Positions 1 to 14,345 are shown, counted from the stretch's first letter. The stretch: DNA of 64,000 nucleotides from the human T2T-CHM13v2.0 reference genome, Homo sapiens (GCF_009914755.1 NC_060927.1); one strand, 5' to 3'. Translations and numbers: made by a program. The notes: a model not told the origin generated them from the sequence alone.

Positions 1-260
1 AATAAACTGTTAATTTACATTGTCAGGGTGAGGGAGATTCAACAGGACTGTCTTTTAGGGTAAAGATTTTGGGGCCCACAAGGAATTTGCTTGTGACAGT
101 TTGTGAGGGTGGCCATCTGTGAGGATATGTGGCCCACTATCTTTGCAGCTGTCTACTTAGGAACAAAAGGAGGGTAGTTTTGTGAGACTCAGTTCCCAAG
201 TTTAACTTTTTCCTTTGGCATAGTAAATTTGGAGTCCTGAGATTTTATTTTCCTTTCACA
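1..260 (-). mobile_element. MER4-family ERV1 LTR fragment (truncated by window edge)
   Basis: Ends ...gattttattttcctttcaca, the reverse complement of the TGTGAAAGGAAAATAAA.. 5' end of MER4A-type LTRs (recalled consensus). Confidence 0.7.
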
Positions 261-1395
261 TTACCAAAGTAATACATAGCAATTATAGAAAGCACACGTA
301 GGCAGAAAAGGAGAAAATATTATTTATCATCATACCTTTGAGAGAGAAGCTAACCACTCTTAACATTTTGATGTTTTAATCTTTATAAGTGTCTGTGATT
401 TTTTTTCAAAAGTGAGATACGTATTTTCATTATCTGCTTTTTTTCACTGAGCAGTATGTTTTCCCATGTTCTTAATTGCTAATGGCTGCAAAGTATTCCA
501 TTTATGGATGTATAGTTTAACCAACTCAAATAAATGTTAATGGATTAAGATATTACTTATCATTACATTTTAAAGGTTGAGAGTAAAATTGCCTGAGAAC
601 CTGAGGAGACAAGGTCTTTACTGGTTTTCTTTTTTCTCTTAATATTTTGCTATGTTACTGAGTTAATAAAGCATTTAAGATTAAAGTGAGAAGAATGTAT
701 TCTTTATTCTCCTTTGAGTAATGTCCTGTAATTTGGAGGTTTGAGTCTGAGACTTGGTGTATTGGACGTTGGAGATGCAATCCTAGTCACTCTGAAAGAA
801 GAGGCACCTTCCAGCCTTCATCCTCTATCCTGAATTCGTTGAGCCAACCTCTCTCTGCCTGTCTGAATTCCACCATCCTCAGGGCACCATTCATATGCTC
901 CCCTCTCACAGAGTGTCTCTCCCACACAGAAGTCTTCACCTTCTATCTGGATTTCCACAGCACTCCTGGTCCTCTCTCCCAGCACTTTCCTCTTTTAACC
1001 TCATTAATACATAGGGAGTTATTTTTCAGAGGTGGTATACCTCTTTGGTGTACCTGACATACCCAGTGTGTATTTCTTTTTGGATGGTAATGATTTGCAT
1101 ACTTGTTTGTTTTTTTCACTGGATCAGCAACTTTTTGAAGGTAAAGACTGTGTCTTACTCATTGTTTTATCTCCTTTGTCCAGGATATAGTGAGCCCTCA
1201 GTAAATGTTTGCTGAATTAAGGACTCACTCCACCACCACCACTAATTCTGTCACCTTTTTGATAGGGAGGCTCAGTTACCTGTTCATCTCTGTATTCCCC
1301 TCAGTGCTCAGCCCTGTAGACAGTCGTGACATAGTTTTAACTAAATGCTGAAATGTTGAGTAGGGGGAAAGAAAGAGCCATCTTATTATTATTAT

Positions 1396-1545
1396 AGTTA
1401 GCAAAATTTTTCTGTAAAGAGCCAGGTAGTAAATATTTTTGTCTTTATGGATGGCTGTACATTCTTTGTTTTTGTGTTTATAACCATTTAAAAATGTAAA
1501 AAGCATTCTTACCTTACAATACAAAAACAGGTTGAAGCACAGGTA
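1396..1545. mobile_element. MER58-type hAT-Charlie DNA transposon remnant
   Basis: gcaaaatttttctgtaaagagccaggtagtaaatatttt... matches the MER58 terminus; boundaries approximate. Confidence 0.55.
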
Positions 1546-2348
1546 TTGCCTGGGACATGACTGCAGGTTTTAGGGCAGGAAGGAAGAGGCAGCATGTGCC
1601 GGTTCCTCAGCGGCCAGCCCTGCTTTCATTTCCTCTCTGGGTCCTCTGCCTTCCTTCCTGAAAACACTGCCCAGCGCATGCCATTTTTGGGGAGCCACTC
1701 TACTGTTAAATTAGTTCATTTTGTTGTTGTGACTATACCCACATTTACTTAAAGAACCTCTGGAGAGGCAGGAAAGTCAAGACCAAGAACTCTGCTTGAA
1801 TGAAACGGATGATTCCTTTAGGGAGTGTCCAGCAGAGTGGCTAACAAGGAACTGCCCTTCTTCTTTTGTCCAAGAAGAATTTTAAACTTCAGAGCCATGA
1901 AAATGAGCAATTATGCAAATTCGAGTATATTTTGAGTAAAAAGAGATTGGATGCTGTGGATGGTAACTTCTCATGTCAGTTTATTCTTATGATAAACTTT
2001 GTGATGTTTGGTTATGGTAATATCTGATTTCTAGCTCCTGCTGTGGTTTTCAAAGAGAATAGAAAACAAATGTAGCATGATCTCTGAGGGCTTGTTAGGA
2101 AGGAGTCTGGATGCTAGTTTCTTCCGTGGTGTGCTCACTGGCTGTCATTCCCTGTATGTATTTCTCCTTCTGCAAATGAGGCCAGTAGTGTTGCAGAGAG
2201 AGAAGCTATTCTCTAGGTTCAGCTATTGAAGGAGTAAAACAAAGTAGATCTTTGCCCACCGGCCTGCTGCTAACCTTTATGAACTTCGGACTTTGGAAAA
2301 TGCATATCAGCAGAGTTGGGTTAAATATGTCATTAAAATAGGTTATTG

Positions 2349-2644
2349 GCTGGGTGCTGTGGTGTGTGCCTATAGTCCCAGCTACTCAGGAGGCTGAAGT
2401 GGGAGGATCACTTGAGCCCAGGAGTTCTGGTCTGTAGTGTGTTATGCTGATCGGATGTCCGCACTAAGTTCAGCATCAATATGGTGACCTCTTTGAGCAG
2501 GAGATCACCAGGTTGCCTAAGGAATGGTGAACTAGTACAGGTTGGAAACAGCAGGACAAAACTTTCATGCTGATCAGTAGTGGAATGGTGCTTGTGAATA
2601 GCCACTGCACTCTAGCCTGGGCAACACAGCAAGACCCCATCTCT
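2349..2644 (+). pseudogene. RN7SL145P: 7SL (SRP RNA) retropseudogene, full length, in the last SACM1L intron
   Basis: Alu-like ends plus the 7SL-specific S domain (..tccgcactaagttcagcatcaatatggtgacct..ccaggttgcctaagga..); many substitutions; imperfect TSD aaaataggttattg (2335-2348) / aaaatgttattg (2649-2660). Symbol is recalled for this locus and is less certain than the class. Confidence 0.9.
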
Positions 2645-2907
2645 AAAGAAAATGTTATTGACTTTTGTTTTATATATTTGTGTATATGCAAAAAATACTC
2701 TACAAAATATACATAACTTCAGAAAAGTTATGTATAACTTATGTTTGGTATTTATGAATATTCTATTAAATTTTTTGTGCAGGTATTTTGACAATAGCTC
2801 ATATCTGTTATAGAACTATGAATTAAACTTAATAGTTATTTGTATTATTAAAATATACTAAAAGTGATCATTATTATTTGTATAATATAATATGAAATCA
2901 TTTAGTC

Positions 2908-3061
2908 CAGTGGTTCTCAAAGTGTAGCCTCTTGATCGGTAGCATCAGCATCACCTGGGTACTAGGAACTTGCTAGAATGCAGATTCCTGGGGCCCAACA
3001 GTTGATGCTTTATCAAGCCCTGCAGAAGATTCTGGTACTAGCCAGGGTTTGAGAACCACTG
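2908..3061. mobile_element. MER5A-type MITE
   Basis: Terminal inverted repeats CAGTGGTTCTCAAA ... TTTGAGAACCACTG. Confidence 0.85.
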
Positions 3062-3205
3062 GTTTAAACCTTAATTAAGAGGTTCTTATATTTTTCCTGT
3101 GAATGTGCTAGTAAACTTTAATGTTGCCAAAATGTGCTAAACAGCCGAAAACTGGCTGATATCAACAAACGACTTATTTAGCTTTTTGTTTCTTAATATC
3201 AACAG

Positions 3206-3342
3206 GTGACACTTGGACAGAAACACTGGCCTATGTGCTCTTCTGGGGAGTTGCAAGCATTGGAACATTTTTTATCATTCTTTACAATGGCAAAGATTTT
3301 GTCGATGCTCCCAGACTGGTCCAGAAAGAAAAGATAGACTGA
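3206..3342 (+). CDS. SACM1L: SACM1L (SAC1 PI4P phosphatase) terminal coding exon
   Basis: Acceptor ..atcaacag|GT GAC; translates (G)[44 protein letters not shown], i.e. second TM helix and the KEKID COPI/ER-retrieval tail of SAC1; TGA at 3340-3342. Absent from the ORF track (too short). Confidence 0.97.
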
Positions 3343-4034
3343 ATTTGTATTTGTGGAAAGCGGCTTGGCTTGGAAGATTCCATTGTGCAGAACTGGAGTC
3401 TTTACTGACCCGCTTTCCACATCAGCCCAAGGTCTTTTTAATGCCTTTATCCAAAAGCACATCTTGTGCTCCATGCAGGATGATGACAGAATTGATCTGA
3501 TGTTACTGCCTTGATGGTCTCTTTACTATTGGGACAGTTAGATTTATAATTTGAAGCTATTCTGTAATTAAAATATAACCTGAATTCAGCTTGCAGAATG
3601 GAAGCTGAATCTGTTCATTGTATTCTATTGATTGTCAATTTAATTAGCTGTTGCAGAATAAGTAATATATTTTAAAAACCTAGCTCCTTTCATTATTTAA
3701 AACAGCAAAATTATTTTTGTAGCTCAGTTTCATTATTGTCATTGTAGAAGCGGTCACTATTAGCAGGCATACTTTTCCACACATCTTTGGACTTTTCTTA
3801 AAAGTTCAGTAATAAGCTAACTGTGTTTATAAAATGTAAGTCTCTTACAGACATCAAGTAGTTTGATGAGACAGTCTGTGACTTCATGATAGGAAAGAGG
3901 AGGATGAGGTCTGGGGTTCTTTAAAGTCTCTGGTGGGCTGCCTCATGACTTTAATCAGCTTGAACTGCCAGTGCACCAGCAGTTTAGGTGTGATGAGAGA
4001 ATTCAGATATACTTTATCTTTTTAAAAAAGTGTA

Positions 4035-4040
4035 AATAAA
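4035..4040 (+). terminator. SACM1L: Candidate proximal poly(A) signal of SACM1L
   Basis: AATAAA within TGTAAATAAA. Confidence 0.5.
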
Positions 4041-5059
4041 ATCAAAGAATGTAAAGTCTATCTCTTACGCTAGAGGTCCAAAGCTGCCTCTGTTTGAAAG
4101 ATTATCCCAATGTGGAAGATGCCCATGACTGGTCAGCTACTTCCTCCTATACATTTTGGTTTCTTTGAGGGTCACTCATTGAGACACGCAGGCCTCTGAG
4201 AGGGTCTTGTTCTAGATTTCATATTGCACTTGGAGGGTAACAGCTGCTTTTTCACGCATGGTACTCTTGATGTTTTTCACTCTGTCAAGGATTTTGTTGG
4301 CTATCAATGAATGTGTCTAAAACTTAGTGCTTCCAGGTAGTTATAGTACTCCAAATCAAGGACCAACTTAAACGTTAATTTTTGTGCAAAAACAAACCTG
4401 AAAAATATGCTTCGGAAACTGTGCATAGTTCTAATTGTAAGTCAGATTGTATATTCAAATTGTAATTAAGAGATTTAAATATTAGAACGGTATGTAAGGT
4501 AGTATAATTACCACTATTTTAAAACAATTCAGTTAAACACTGCTGCAATATTTCAGTGTTGTGCTTGAAAATATGTACAGTTTTTTTCCAATATTAATAC
4601 CTTATGTTGTCCTTAAATATTTCTAAAAGCGCCTTTATTTCAGCATTACCTTTTTTTCATCACTATCTTTTATAAAACATTAATATAAGTCGTTACTTTT
4701 AGAAACTAAAGGAAATAATAGCTGGAAAACCCTCTGTAGTTTAAAATCAGTCATTAAACTCACAATAGGGTAAGTAAATATAGCCACCTGTTAACATGTA
4801 AATAAGCATAATTTGTTCCAAAGATGGAATATTGAAACTTAGTTCATGTCTGCTGTAAAATATTATTTAAATGCTGCTGGGCATTTCACTTAAAGAACTT
4901 AATGTCAACAGCTACAACAAAGACCAAATCTGAACTGCTAATGTGGCTGCTTTGTAGGGAATGGACTAATATCAGTGTGTTAGATCTTAAGGTATCAGTA
5001 TTTCAGAATCCTGCGACGATTTTATTTCTAAATTCATGTACTGTATGTCCATAAGTGAA

Positions 5060-5065
5060 AATAAA
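5060..5065 (+). terminator. SACM1L: Distal poly(A) signal of SACM1L
   Basis: AATAAA preceded by TGTA motifs and followed by U-rich sequence. Confidence 0.8.
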
Positions 5066-5157
5066 ATGTCATATTCTTTTCTATTATTGGTATCATTCAT
5101 GTACTTTGAAAGTGATGTTTTTCTTTTTGATCTTAGAATGCTAAAAATCATGCAAAA

Positions 5158-5517
5158 TGATAGACGGTTTGGCTCTGTGTCCCCACCCACCCAAATCTCA
5201 TCTCAAATTGTAATCCCTACGTGTTGAGGGAGGTACCTGGTGGGAGGTGGTTGGATCATGGGGGATGGTTTCCCCCATGCTGTTTTCATGAGTTTGCACG
5301 AGGTCTGATGGTTTAAAAGTGTTTGGCATTTACCCCCTTGCTCGCTCACTTTCCTGCCACCGTGTTAAGATGTGCTTTGCTTTCCCTTCACCTTCTGCCA
5401 TGATGAAGTTTTGTGAGGCCTCCCCAGCCATGCGGAACTGTGAGTCAAACCTCTTTTCTTTATATGTTACCCAGTCTCAGGTAGTTCTTTACAGCAGTGT
5501 GAAGACAAATTAATACA
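5158..5517 (+). mobile_element. MaLR solo LTR (THE1D/MSTA-like)
   Basis: TGATA..ggtttggctctgtgtcccc start, ..taataca end; 5-bp TSD caaaa/caaag. Confidence 0.85.
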
Positions 5518-5840
5518 CAAAGCAATGCATGATCATCATAGAAAAATTAGAGTAAGCAAGAAAATCAGTAGCTTCTGCAATTTTGCTTTCCAGTTATGAT
5601 CACTTAAGAAATTTTGTATCTCCTTATAGTTTTTATTTTTAGTTATAGAGAAACCCAGGGAAATATTTAGTAAAGTGTAATGTCCATAAAAAGGTGTCCC
5701 CCACCTTCAAATTGTAATTTGTTTTTCAAAATGTTATGAATCCCAGCTGATGTGGGAAAATATTGCTTATTAGAAAATGACACCTCCACAGGAAGGTGTC
5801 AGCATGAGGGAAATAGTGATGGAAACACATTGGTACCTAG

Positions 5841-8083
5841 TGATGGCAGCAGTGGGCCGTCTGGAGTGGCTGCTGCCATTGTGCCGGCCGTAGCAGGGAG
5901 GTGTGAGTGGTGGCTGCAGGAGCAGCCGTGGTGATGGTGAGACCCCTGTGCCCCACGTTCCCTGTGCCCCGTGTCCCTGTGGCAGCCGACTGCGCCGCCC
6001 CCACCCCTGTGTGGCCAAGTGGGGCCTGCCTCCAGGCCTGGAGCCACCACTGCTCTGGACCCTGGTCCGCGTTACCACCACTGTTGCTTGCTGTTGCCAG
6101 GAGGGCGGAGAGTCCCTGGAGCCTGCTGCAGGGATACCCCTGGAGCCTGTCTCCCGGGGGGCCGCCGCAATGTGGCCAGGTTGAGTTGCCTGCCGGCGGG
6201 GGAGCAGCGTGATTGTGCATGGAGGACCAGGCAGAGAAGGGCCACAGGCGGAGCTGGGCCCGGGGTGGTGCCATGCTTGCACATGGAGCACGGGGGCCGC
6301 GCCTGGGGTGCGGAGCTGGGGCTGTCCTTTGGGGGCCTGGAGTGGGAAGTGGGAGCGGTGCTCACTTTGGGGACACAGCCAGTGGCACGGCCACCGCACC
6401 CTTCCTGCTGACTGGCGCCGGATTCCTGCGCCTTGGGAGGAGGCTCTGCGCAGGATTTCCCAGGGCCGGATCCCCAGGGTCTGCCTCATAGCGGGGTGAC
6501 CTCTGAGCCTGATGCTCCCTAGGACCAGGCCCAGGGCCTGCAATCCGCTCCTGGAGGCACTCCTGCTGGGCAGGGCTGTGAGCCAGGCAAGGGAGAGCCC
6601 TAGGCCACCCCTGAGCACTGGGACCACAGGAAGAACTTGTGGTGACGTCACTCTTGCCTCAGATGCCAGCATGGGCCCAGCAAGGAACCTGAACCCCTAC
6701 CCCAGACTGCGAGGAGGCATGGCCAGAGCCGCCTGCACGTCCATGGAGCAGGTGGGAGACTCGCCTTCCCAGGCACAGGACCTGGGTATCCGCACTGTGC
6801 ACCCTCGGGAGCCAGATCTCAGAGTGGGGTTGGAGCCGAAGCTGGGCATTGTCACAGCTCAGCAGGGTGTGTGCACACTTGGGGCAGCACTGAAAAGCCA
6901 GCCTCCTGCCACGTCGGCCCCCTCTGGACTTTGGGCACCAACAAGCACTGGTGGAGGGGAGGGGAAACTGAGGGGGAGGCTAAGGGTGTCTCGGTGCTGA
7001 CCTGCAGGTGCCCCTTGGTCAAGCAGTCTGGGCACCATGGATGGCTGCAGGAGGCAGACAGGCTCCTGGGCAGAAAGGGGCGGGTCCCTGGTGAGGCCCC
7101 ACCTTCAGGCCACGGACGGCCTGGAAGCTGGGGGCTGGGCTGCCAGTTCTGTGGACCTGACTGGAATGGGAACTTGTGCCTTTTCTGGTCCCACCTATGG
7201 CTGCCCACGGACCAATTGGCATATTCAGTTTCTCCCTCCTGAGGCCCAGAAAGGCCCTGGGCTCAGCCAAAGCAGAGCAGAGACAATGGGACAACCAGCT
7301 GCAGAGAAGAGCTACCCTCTCTGCTGATAGCTGAACACTTGGGATGACCTGCCTGGAGAGAGCAGCTACCCTCTCTGCTAGGAGCTGAACACTTATCGGA
7401 ACACCCTGGCTGCGGAAAGGAGGTACTCCCTGCAGGTCTCCTCTGAGCTGTTCTATCACTCGATAAAGCTCCTCTTCATCTTGCTCATCCTCCACTTGTC
7501 CACATACTTCATTCTTCCTGGCCACAGGACAAGAACTCAGGACCCGCCAAATGGTGAGGCTAAAAGAGCTATAACAAACAGGGCTGAAATGCCCCTTGCT
7601 CACCACATTGTGCGCGAAGGAGAGAAGACCTGCAGCCCTTCAGGGAACCCAGACCTGGGAGTTCCCTGAGTCAGGGCTGTGACTCCCTCTTTGGGGTCCT
7701 GCAGTTCCTAGCATCTCTAAGCTTCTGGGCACTACCGTCTTCCGCACTGGCAGCCGTGGAAGCTGCTTGCATGCATGCCTGGTCCAGCTGCAGCCTTGCA
7801 GAGAGCCCGCACCCATGCCAGCACTTGGAGCTGCCTACCCCACTGCAGCAGCTGGTGTGTGTAACTGCAGTGGTTGGGCCCCATGCTTACATACCCCTTG
7901 CTGCTCCATACCTGACTTGGCCTTGGCAGGCATGGGATCCAGGCCCGTAATGTAAGCCGAGCTCAGCCTGCCAGGCTGAGTGGGCGGAACAAGCCCAGCA
8001 GGCCTGAACAAAACACGGGCAAAGGCACCACTGGCCACAGAGGTTTCCAGCCAGAAAACCAACACCCCAAAGATCCTGTAACA
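5841..8083 (+). mobile_element. MER52-family long GC-rich ERV1 solo LTR (~2.2 kb)
   Basis: Starts TGATGGCAGCAGTGGGCCGTCTGGAG, ends ..agatcctgtaACA; 4-bp TSD ctag/ttag; internal repeats gctaccctctctgct..agctgaacactt. Confidence 0.85.
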
Positions 8084-8256
8084 TTAGGAGGACTCTCACT
8101 CATGTGGGAAGTGAGATGAAATTCCTTGGAAATGGCTCGCTCTTAATCCCATGTGCTCGATCTCGTTCTCTCTCACCAGCTGAACTTTGGAGCACTTTTG
8201 GAGTAATGTGGGTTCTCTGTATTAACAGTTGTTTTCTGACAGTGGATCAGAAAACA

Positions 8257-8340
8257 TATAAATATATATATATATAAAAAAACATATATCTCTCTTGAGG
8301 ATAAATTATATAATAATTATATTTATATATATATATATAA
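8257..8340. repeat. (TA)n / AT-rich low-complexity tract
   Basis: Two (TA)n runs around an AT-rich quasi-palindrome. Confidence 0.9.
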
Positions 8341-8728
8341 TCTCAGGATAAATTAGGGTAAATATTTAAAATATTGTCTTCCCATAATTCATTTTTCCAG
8401 TTTCTTAGTGAAATAATTTCAAAATTTGGTCATTAATTTGAGAATTAATGAGGTGTCCTTGTGCTCCCAACCAGGGACTGCAGGGGATGTATGATACCTT
8501 CCAGCTCTGAATGACCTCAGTGCATCTATCACTGCATAACAAATTACTCCAAAACTTACTGGCTTAAAGCAACCCCTATTTATTCGTATTTATCATCTCA
8601 CAGTTCCTGTAGGTCAGGAATTTGGGCACAATTTAGCTCTGTCCCCCATTTCAGGGTCTCCCACAGGCGCCAGTCAAGGTTCAGCTGGAGCAGGATCCAC
8701 TTTAAAGATCACTCTCGTTGTTGGCAGG

Positions 8729-9078
8729 TGTATTAGTTTGTTTTCACACTGCTGATAAAGACATACATGAGACTGAGCAATTTACAAAAGAAAGAGGTTT
8801 AACTGGACTTACAGTTCCAAGTGGCTGGGGAAGCCTCACAATCATGGTGGAAGGCAAGGAAGAGCAAGTCACGTCTTACGTGGATGGTGGCAGGCAAAAA
8901 GTGAGAGAATGAGGAAGACTCAAAAGTGGAAACCTCTGATAAAACCATCAGATCTCATGAGACTTATTCACTACCACTAAAACCACTCCCATGATTCAAT
9001 TATCTCCCACTGGGTCCCACCCACAGCACATGGGAATTCAAGATGAGATTTGGGTGGGGACACAGCCAAATCATATCA
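8729..9078 (-). mobile_element. THE1A-like solo LTR
   Basis: tgtattagt...ccaaatcatatca termini; perfect TSD GCAGG (8724-8728, 9079-9083). Confidence 0.9.
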
Positions 9079-9135
9079 GCAGGATTCAGTTCCTTGTGGG
9101 CTGTTGGACTGGTCCGCTTGCTGGCTGTTAGCTGA

Positions 9136-9562
<427 letters not shown>

Positions 9563-10139
9563 TAATCTGGAAATTGTTATCCCATCACTTTCACCACATT
9601 TCTGTGCACTAGAAGTCACTAGGTCCAGCTCATTCAAGAGGAGGAGATAACACGAGCACATGAATACCAGGTGGCAATCTTTGGGGGCCGTCTTAGAAGT
9701 CTGCTGACCATAGTCAGAAAGGAGAGAATACAAAGGTAAAGTGCAGAGCTGTTGCTGGAGGGAGTCAGGTGGCTTCCTGGAGGAGGTGGGGCTTATGCTA
9801 GGACCTAGGTGTTCTGGTTATCTAATGCTGTGTAGCAAATTAGCCCGAGAAAGAAAGAGGGGGACGGAAGGATGAAGGAGGGAGAGGAGGGACATAGACA
9901 CAGCAGGTGTACCATGAACACCCTATCCAAGGCAGCTAGTTGAGCTCCCCAGAGCCAGGGCACAACTCTGCTATTATCCTTAACTCCTGGCTATGTTTCC
10001 TTCTTTGGAAGGAGTGTTGGGAAAGGCACCTAGCTTGTAAGAATTCAATATTCCACCTCAATCTAAAGCTTTACTGTTTCCCTCTGTATGCTTTTGGGCA
10101 TCTGGATCATGACTGGGGAGAACAGAACTTGCACCTTGG

Positions 10140-11400
<1,261 letters not shown>

Positions 11401-12558
11401 CCTGCAGTGCCACCCCTATCGTCTCTCAGGTCCGCTCTACTTGTGGGTGTTGGGGCTTTCTATTCTCATCTATTTGCCGGTATGTTTTCACTGCTGAGAA
11501 CGCATCTTGTTGGATGGTTCTGTCCCTGCCATGAGCCCTGGGCTCCTCCATCTGTTAGGCAGACAGCTTTGATGCCATGCATTTTCCTGACCTGCAGTGC
11601 AGTTTTGGAGTAATGTGGGTTCTCTGTGTTAACACTTGTTTTCTGACGGTGGATCTCTAGTGAGAACTGTATGCAAACACTGAATTACACAGAGTTATCT
11701 AACCTGCAGGACTTTGCTCAGAGGTTTGAAAAGTGACTCTCCTAGAGGAGGTATCGGCTGTGCAGCAGCACCCAAACTTTGTAGCCTGTAGAATCTTTTG
11801 TTCCTAGAGCATCTCATAGGACCAGCCTTCCATGGGATTCATTTTGTGAAAGGCCAGCATGGACGTGACTACTCTGGCCTTGAAGCTGAGAAACATGGGC
11901 TATAATCTATTTGTACCTCACCTGAGTGTTGAATCTGATGGCCCCTCAATTATAAATTTTAAAAATCTCATCCAGGTGGTAATTCCTTAAGAGCCATGCA
12001 CACACACATGCACATCTGCACACACCTGCTGAGAGATCCGGGTAAGTCTACGAGTGGGGAGTCTTCCCTGGTGTCCAGCGCTCATCCTTTCCTGCCTCTG
12101 GCCTCGTTCCTCTGGGCTGGACATCCATGCAGAGGCTCCATGATGTGCTCTCACTGGGGGACCAATTAGTAAGGGGCTGTGACACGTTTAAGTGAATTCC
12201 CTGGTCCCAGGTGAAGGAGTTAGATGATCTGTTTGTTCCTAACACTTGCCTTGGTAGATTATTCTGAGCATGAATTTGCTTTTTGTTTTTGTTTAGTCAA
12301 AGGTTCAGGTGTTCATCTTTCTCCATTCACCATTTTCAGTGATGCATGCCTATTGCCCTTTATTCTAGTTGTACAAACCTAAAGTACCATCCACTAAAAT
12401 ACTGTGTTAACATTTTATGTCCCAAATCAAGCTCCTATTATAGTTGGGTTCAAATATAGACTAACATTAGGAAAAGTAGAAAGTGTTAAGTGGTAAGTCA
12501 TGTTTAGCAGAATTTATGATGTTCTCTCTGAGCTTCTGGGACCACACATTCTCCTGGG

Positions 12559-12856
12559 TTTTGTTTTTGTTTTTTGTTTTTGTTTTTTGTTTTGAGACAG
12601 GTTCTTGCTCTGTCACCCAGGCTGGAGCGCAGTGGTGCAACCTCTGCTTCCCAGGCTCAAGTGATCCTCTCACCTCAGCCTCCCGAATAGCTGGGACTCC
12701 AGGCATGCATCACCAGGCTTGGCTAATTTTTGTATTTGTTGTAGAGACGAGGTTTTGCCATGTTGCCCAGGCTGGTCCCCAGTTCCTGGCCTCAAGCGAT
12801 CCGCTGGCTTGGGCCCCCCAGTGTTGGGATGACAGGTGTGAGCCACCACACCTGGC
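12559..12856 (-). mobile_element. AluJ-like
   Basis: Diverged Alu dimer with (TTTTG)n tail on +. Confidence 0.9.
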
Positions 12857-12879
12857 TGCTCCATTCCTTGTTAATCTCT

Positions 12880-13295
12880 CCTCTCTACTTCACAATGCTG
12901 TGAGTCAGGAATTCAGGCAGAGTTTGCCTGGGTGATTCTTCTGTTCCAGATGGCACTGATGGAGGTGACTCAGTGGCATTCATTTGACAGATGGGCTGGT
13001 CTGTCTGGCCCAAGCTTGTCTGGTGCCCAGGCATGGCTGGAAGGTGGACTCAGCTGGTCCTGTGAGCTGGAGTACAGCAGCCTCAGGGTGGTGGGGCTTC
13101 ATTCATGGCAACTTAGGGCTCCCCAGGTGAATGTTCCAACAAACCAGGTTGAAGCTGCATGGCCACATGATCTAGCCTTGAATGTCAAATGGTGTCCCTT
13201 CCATCATATTCTTTTGGTTGAAGCAATCACAAGCCCACCTAAATACACAGACCCTATCCCTCCGTGGGAGAGGTGGAAAATCACATGTGGCCATG
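12880..13295 (-). mobile_element. MLT1 LTR remnant
   Basis: gtcaggaattcaggcagagtttgcctgggtgattcttctg.. MLT1 signature; boundaries approximate. Confidence 0.55.
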
Positions 13296-13304
13296 TCCGA
13301 AAAC

Positions 13305-14345
13305 ACATTGGAGTTCCTGTAGGCCTTGGTCGCAGGCCCTCTTCTTTGTGTATACTCACCCTGGATGACCTCATTTAGACCTGTGGCTTTAAATAGCATC
13401 TCTCCACTGTAACTCCCAAATGTATATCTCTAGCCCAGACGTAACCCAACCTCCAGATTCTTGTGTTCAACAGGTTACTGGATATTTCCACCTAATTCAC
13501 AGACATCTCAAACTTCACATGGTCAAACCACTCTTGATTTTTACTCTGCAGGCCAGCTCTGTTCCCCACTTTCCTCATCTCCGGAAATGGCACCAGCATC
13601 CCCCCAGCAGGTAAAGCTCTTTATCCCCCTTTCCCTCAGCTGGGAATCCAACCCATCAGCAAGACTTGGCAACTTTCCCTCCAAAGTATAACTCAAGCTT
13701 GCCTATTTTTCTCCATATCCATTCCCACGTCCATGCTGCCATCATCTTCCATGGCTTTACTACAGTAGATTCTGGAGTGATTTTCCAGCCTCCCTTTATG
13801 CCCCGCTCCCATCCATCCTCTATGGCAACAGTGATCTTTCAAACATAAATCAGATCTTGCCAGACCCCACAGTGAACCCTCAGTGGCACTCTCTCTTCAA
13901 CGAAAATGAAGCTCCTTGCTGTGGCCTGTGAGGCCTTATGTGATCTGGCCCCTGCTCCCTCCTCCAAGCTCACTTCCCATCGCTCACTTTCCCATTCCAA
14001 CCACAGGCCTCCTCTCTGCTCTTTCCCTCCTCAGGGCCTTTGCAGTTGCTGTCACCTCTCCTGGACAGGCCTTCTAGGAATTTTAATGACTCGTTCCTTC
14101 TTCTTCAAATTTCAGTTCACGAAGTTCCTCAACCGCTTAAAGTACTGTCCTGTTAACGCCACCACATCGGGCCATTTATTTCCTTCTTAGACATGATCAC
14201 AGTCTGTAATCATATGATTTGTTATGCATCATTGTCTGTCTCCTTTTCCAGAATGTAAGTGCCATAAAGGCCAGCGACTGTGTCTATCCTGTTCACCATT
14301 GCCCCCGGCGCATACCAAGGGACTGGTTTGTAATATACTAGTTGG
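13305..14345 (+). mobile_element. L2 LINE 3' portion (~1 kb)
   Basis: ctcccaaatgtatatctctagcccagac, cagacatctcaaacttcacatg, agaatgtaagtgccat.. L2 signatures. Confidence 0.75.

Larger units (their letters stand above)
3343..5085 (+). other. SACM1L: SACM1L 3'UTR
   Basis: AU-rich, apparently repeat-free sequence from the stop to just past AATAAA 5060-5065, followed by U/GU-rich sequence; exact cleavage site approximate. Confidence 0.85.

Noticed and set aside
2349-2644. Functional SRP RNA gene
   Set aside because: Heavy CpG decay, S-domain substitutions, TSD and A-rich tail indicate a retrocopy
2761-2790. ttttttgtgcag|gtattt AG|GT site in the last SACM1L intron (recursive splice candidate)
   Set aside because: Lies in AT-rich low-complexity DNA only ~420 nt from the real acceptor; chance occurrence is likely
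3199-3500. Track ORFs of 91 and 95 aa over the SACM1L last exon
   Set aside because: Wrong frame or strand; the true frame ends KEKID* at 3342
5770-8099. Many long overlapping ORFs (up to 300 aa) on both strands
   Set aside because: They lie in the GC-rich MER52 LTR where stops are rare; no recognisable domain, and open in several frames at once
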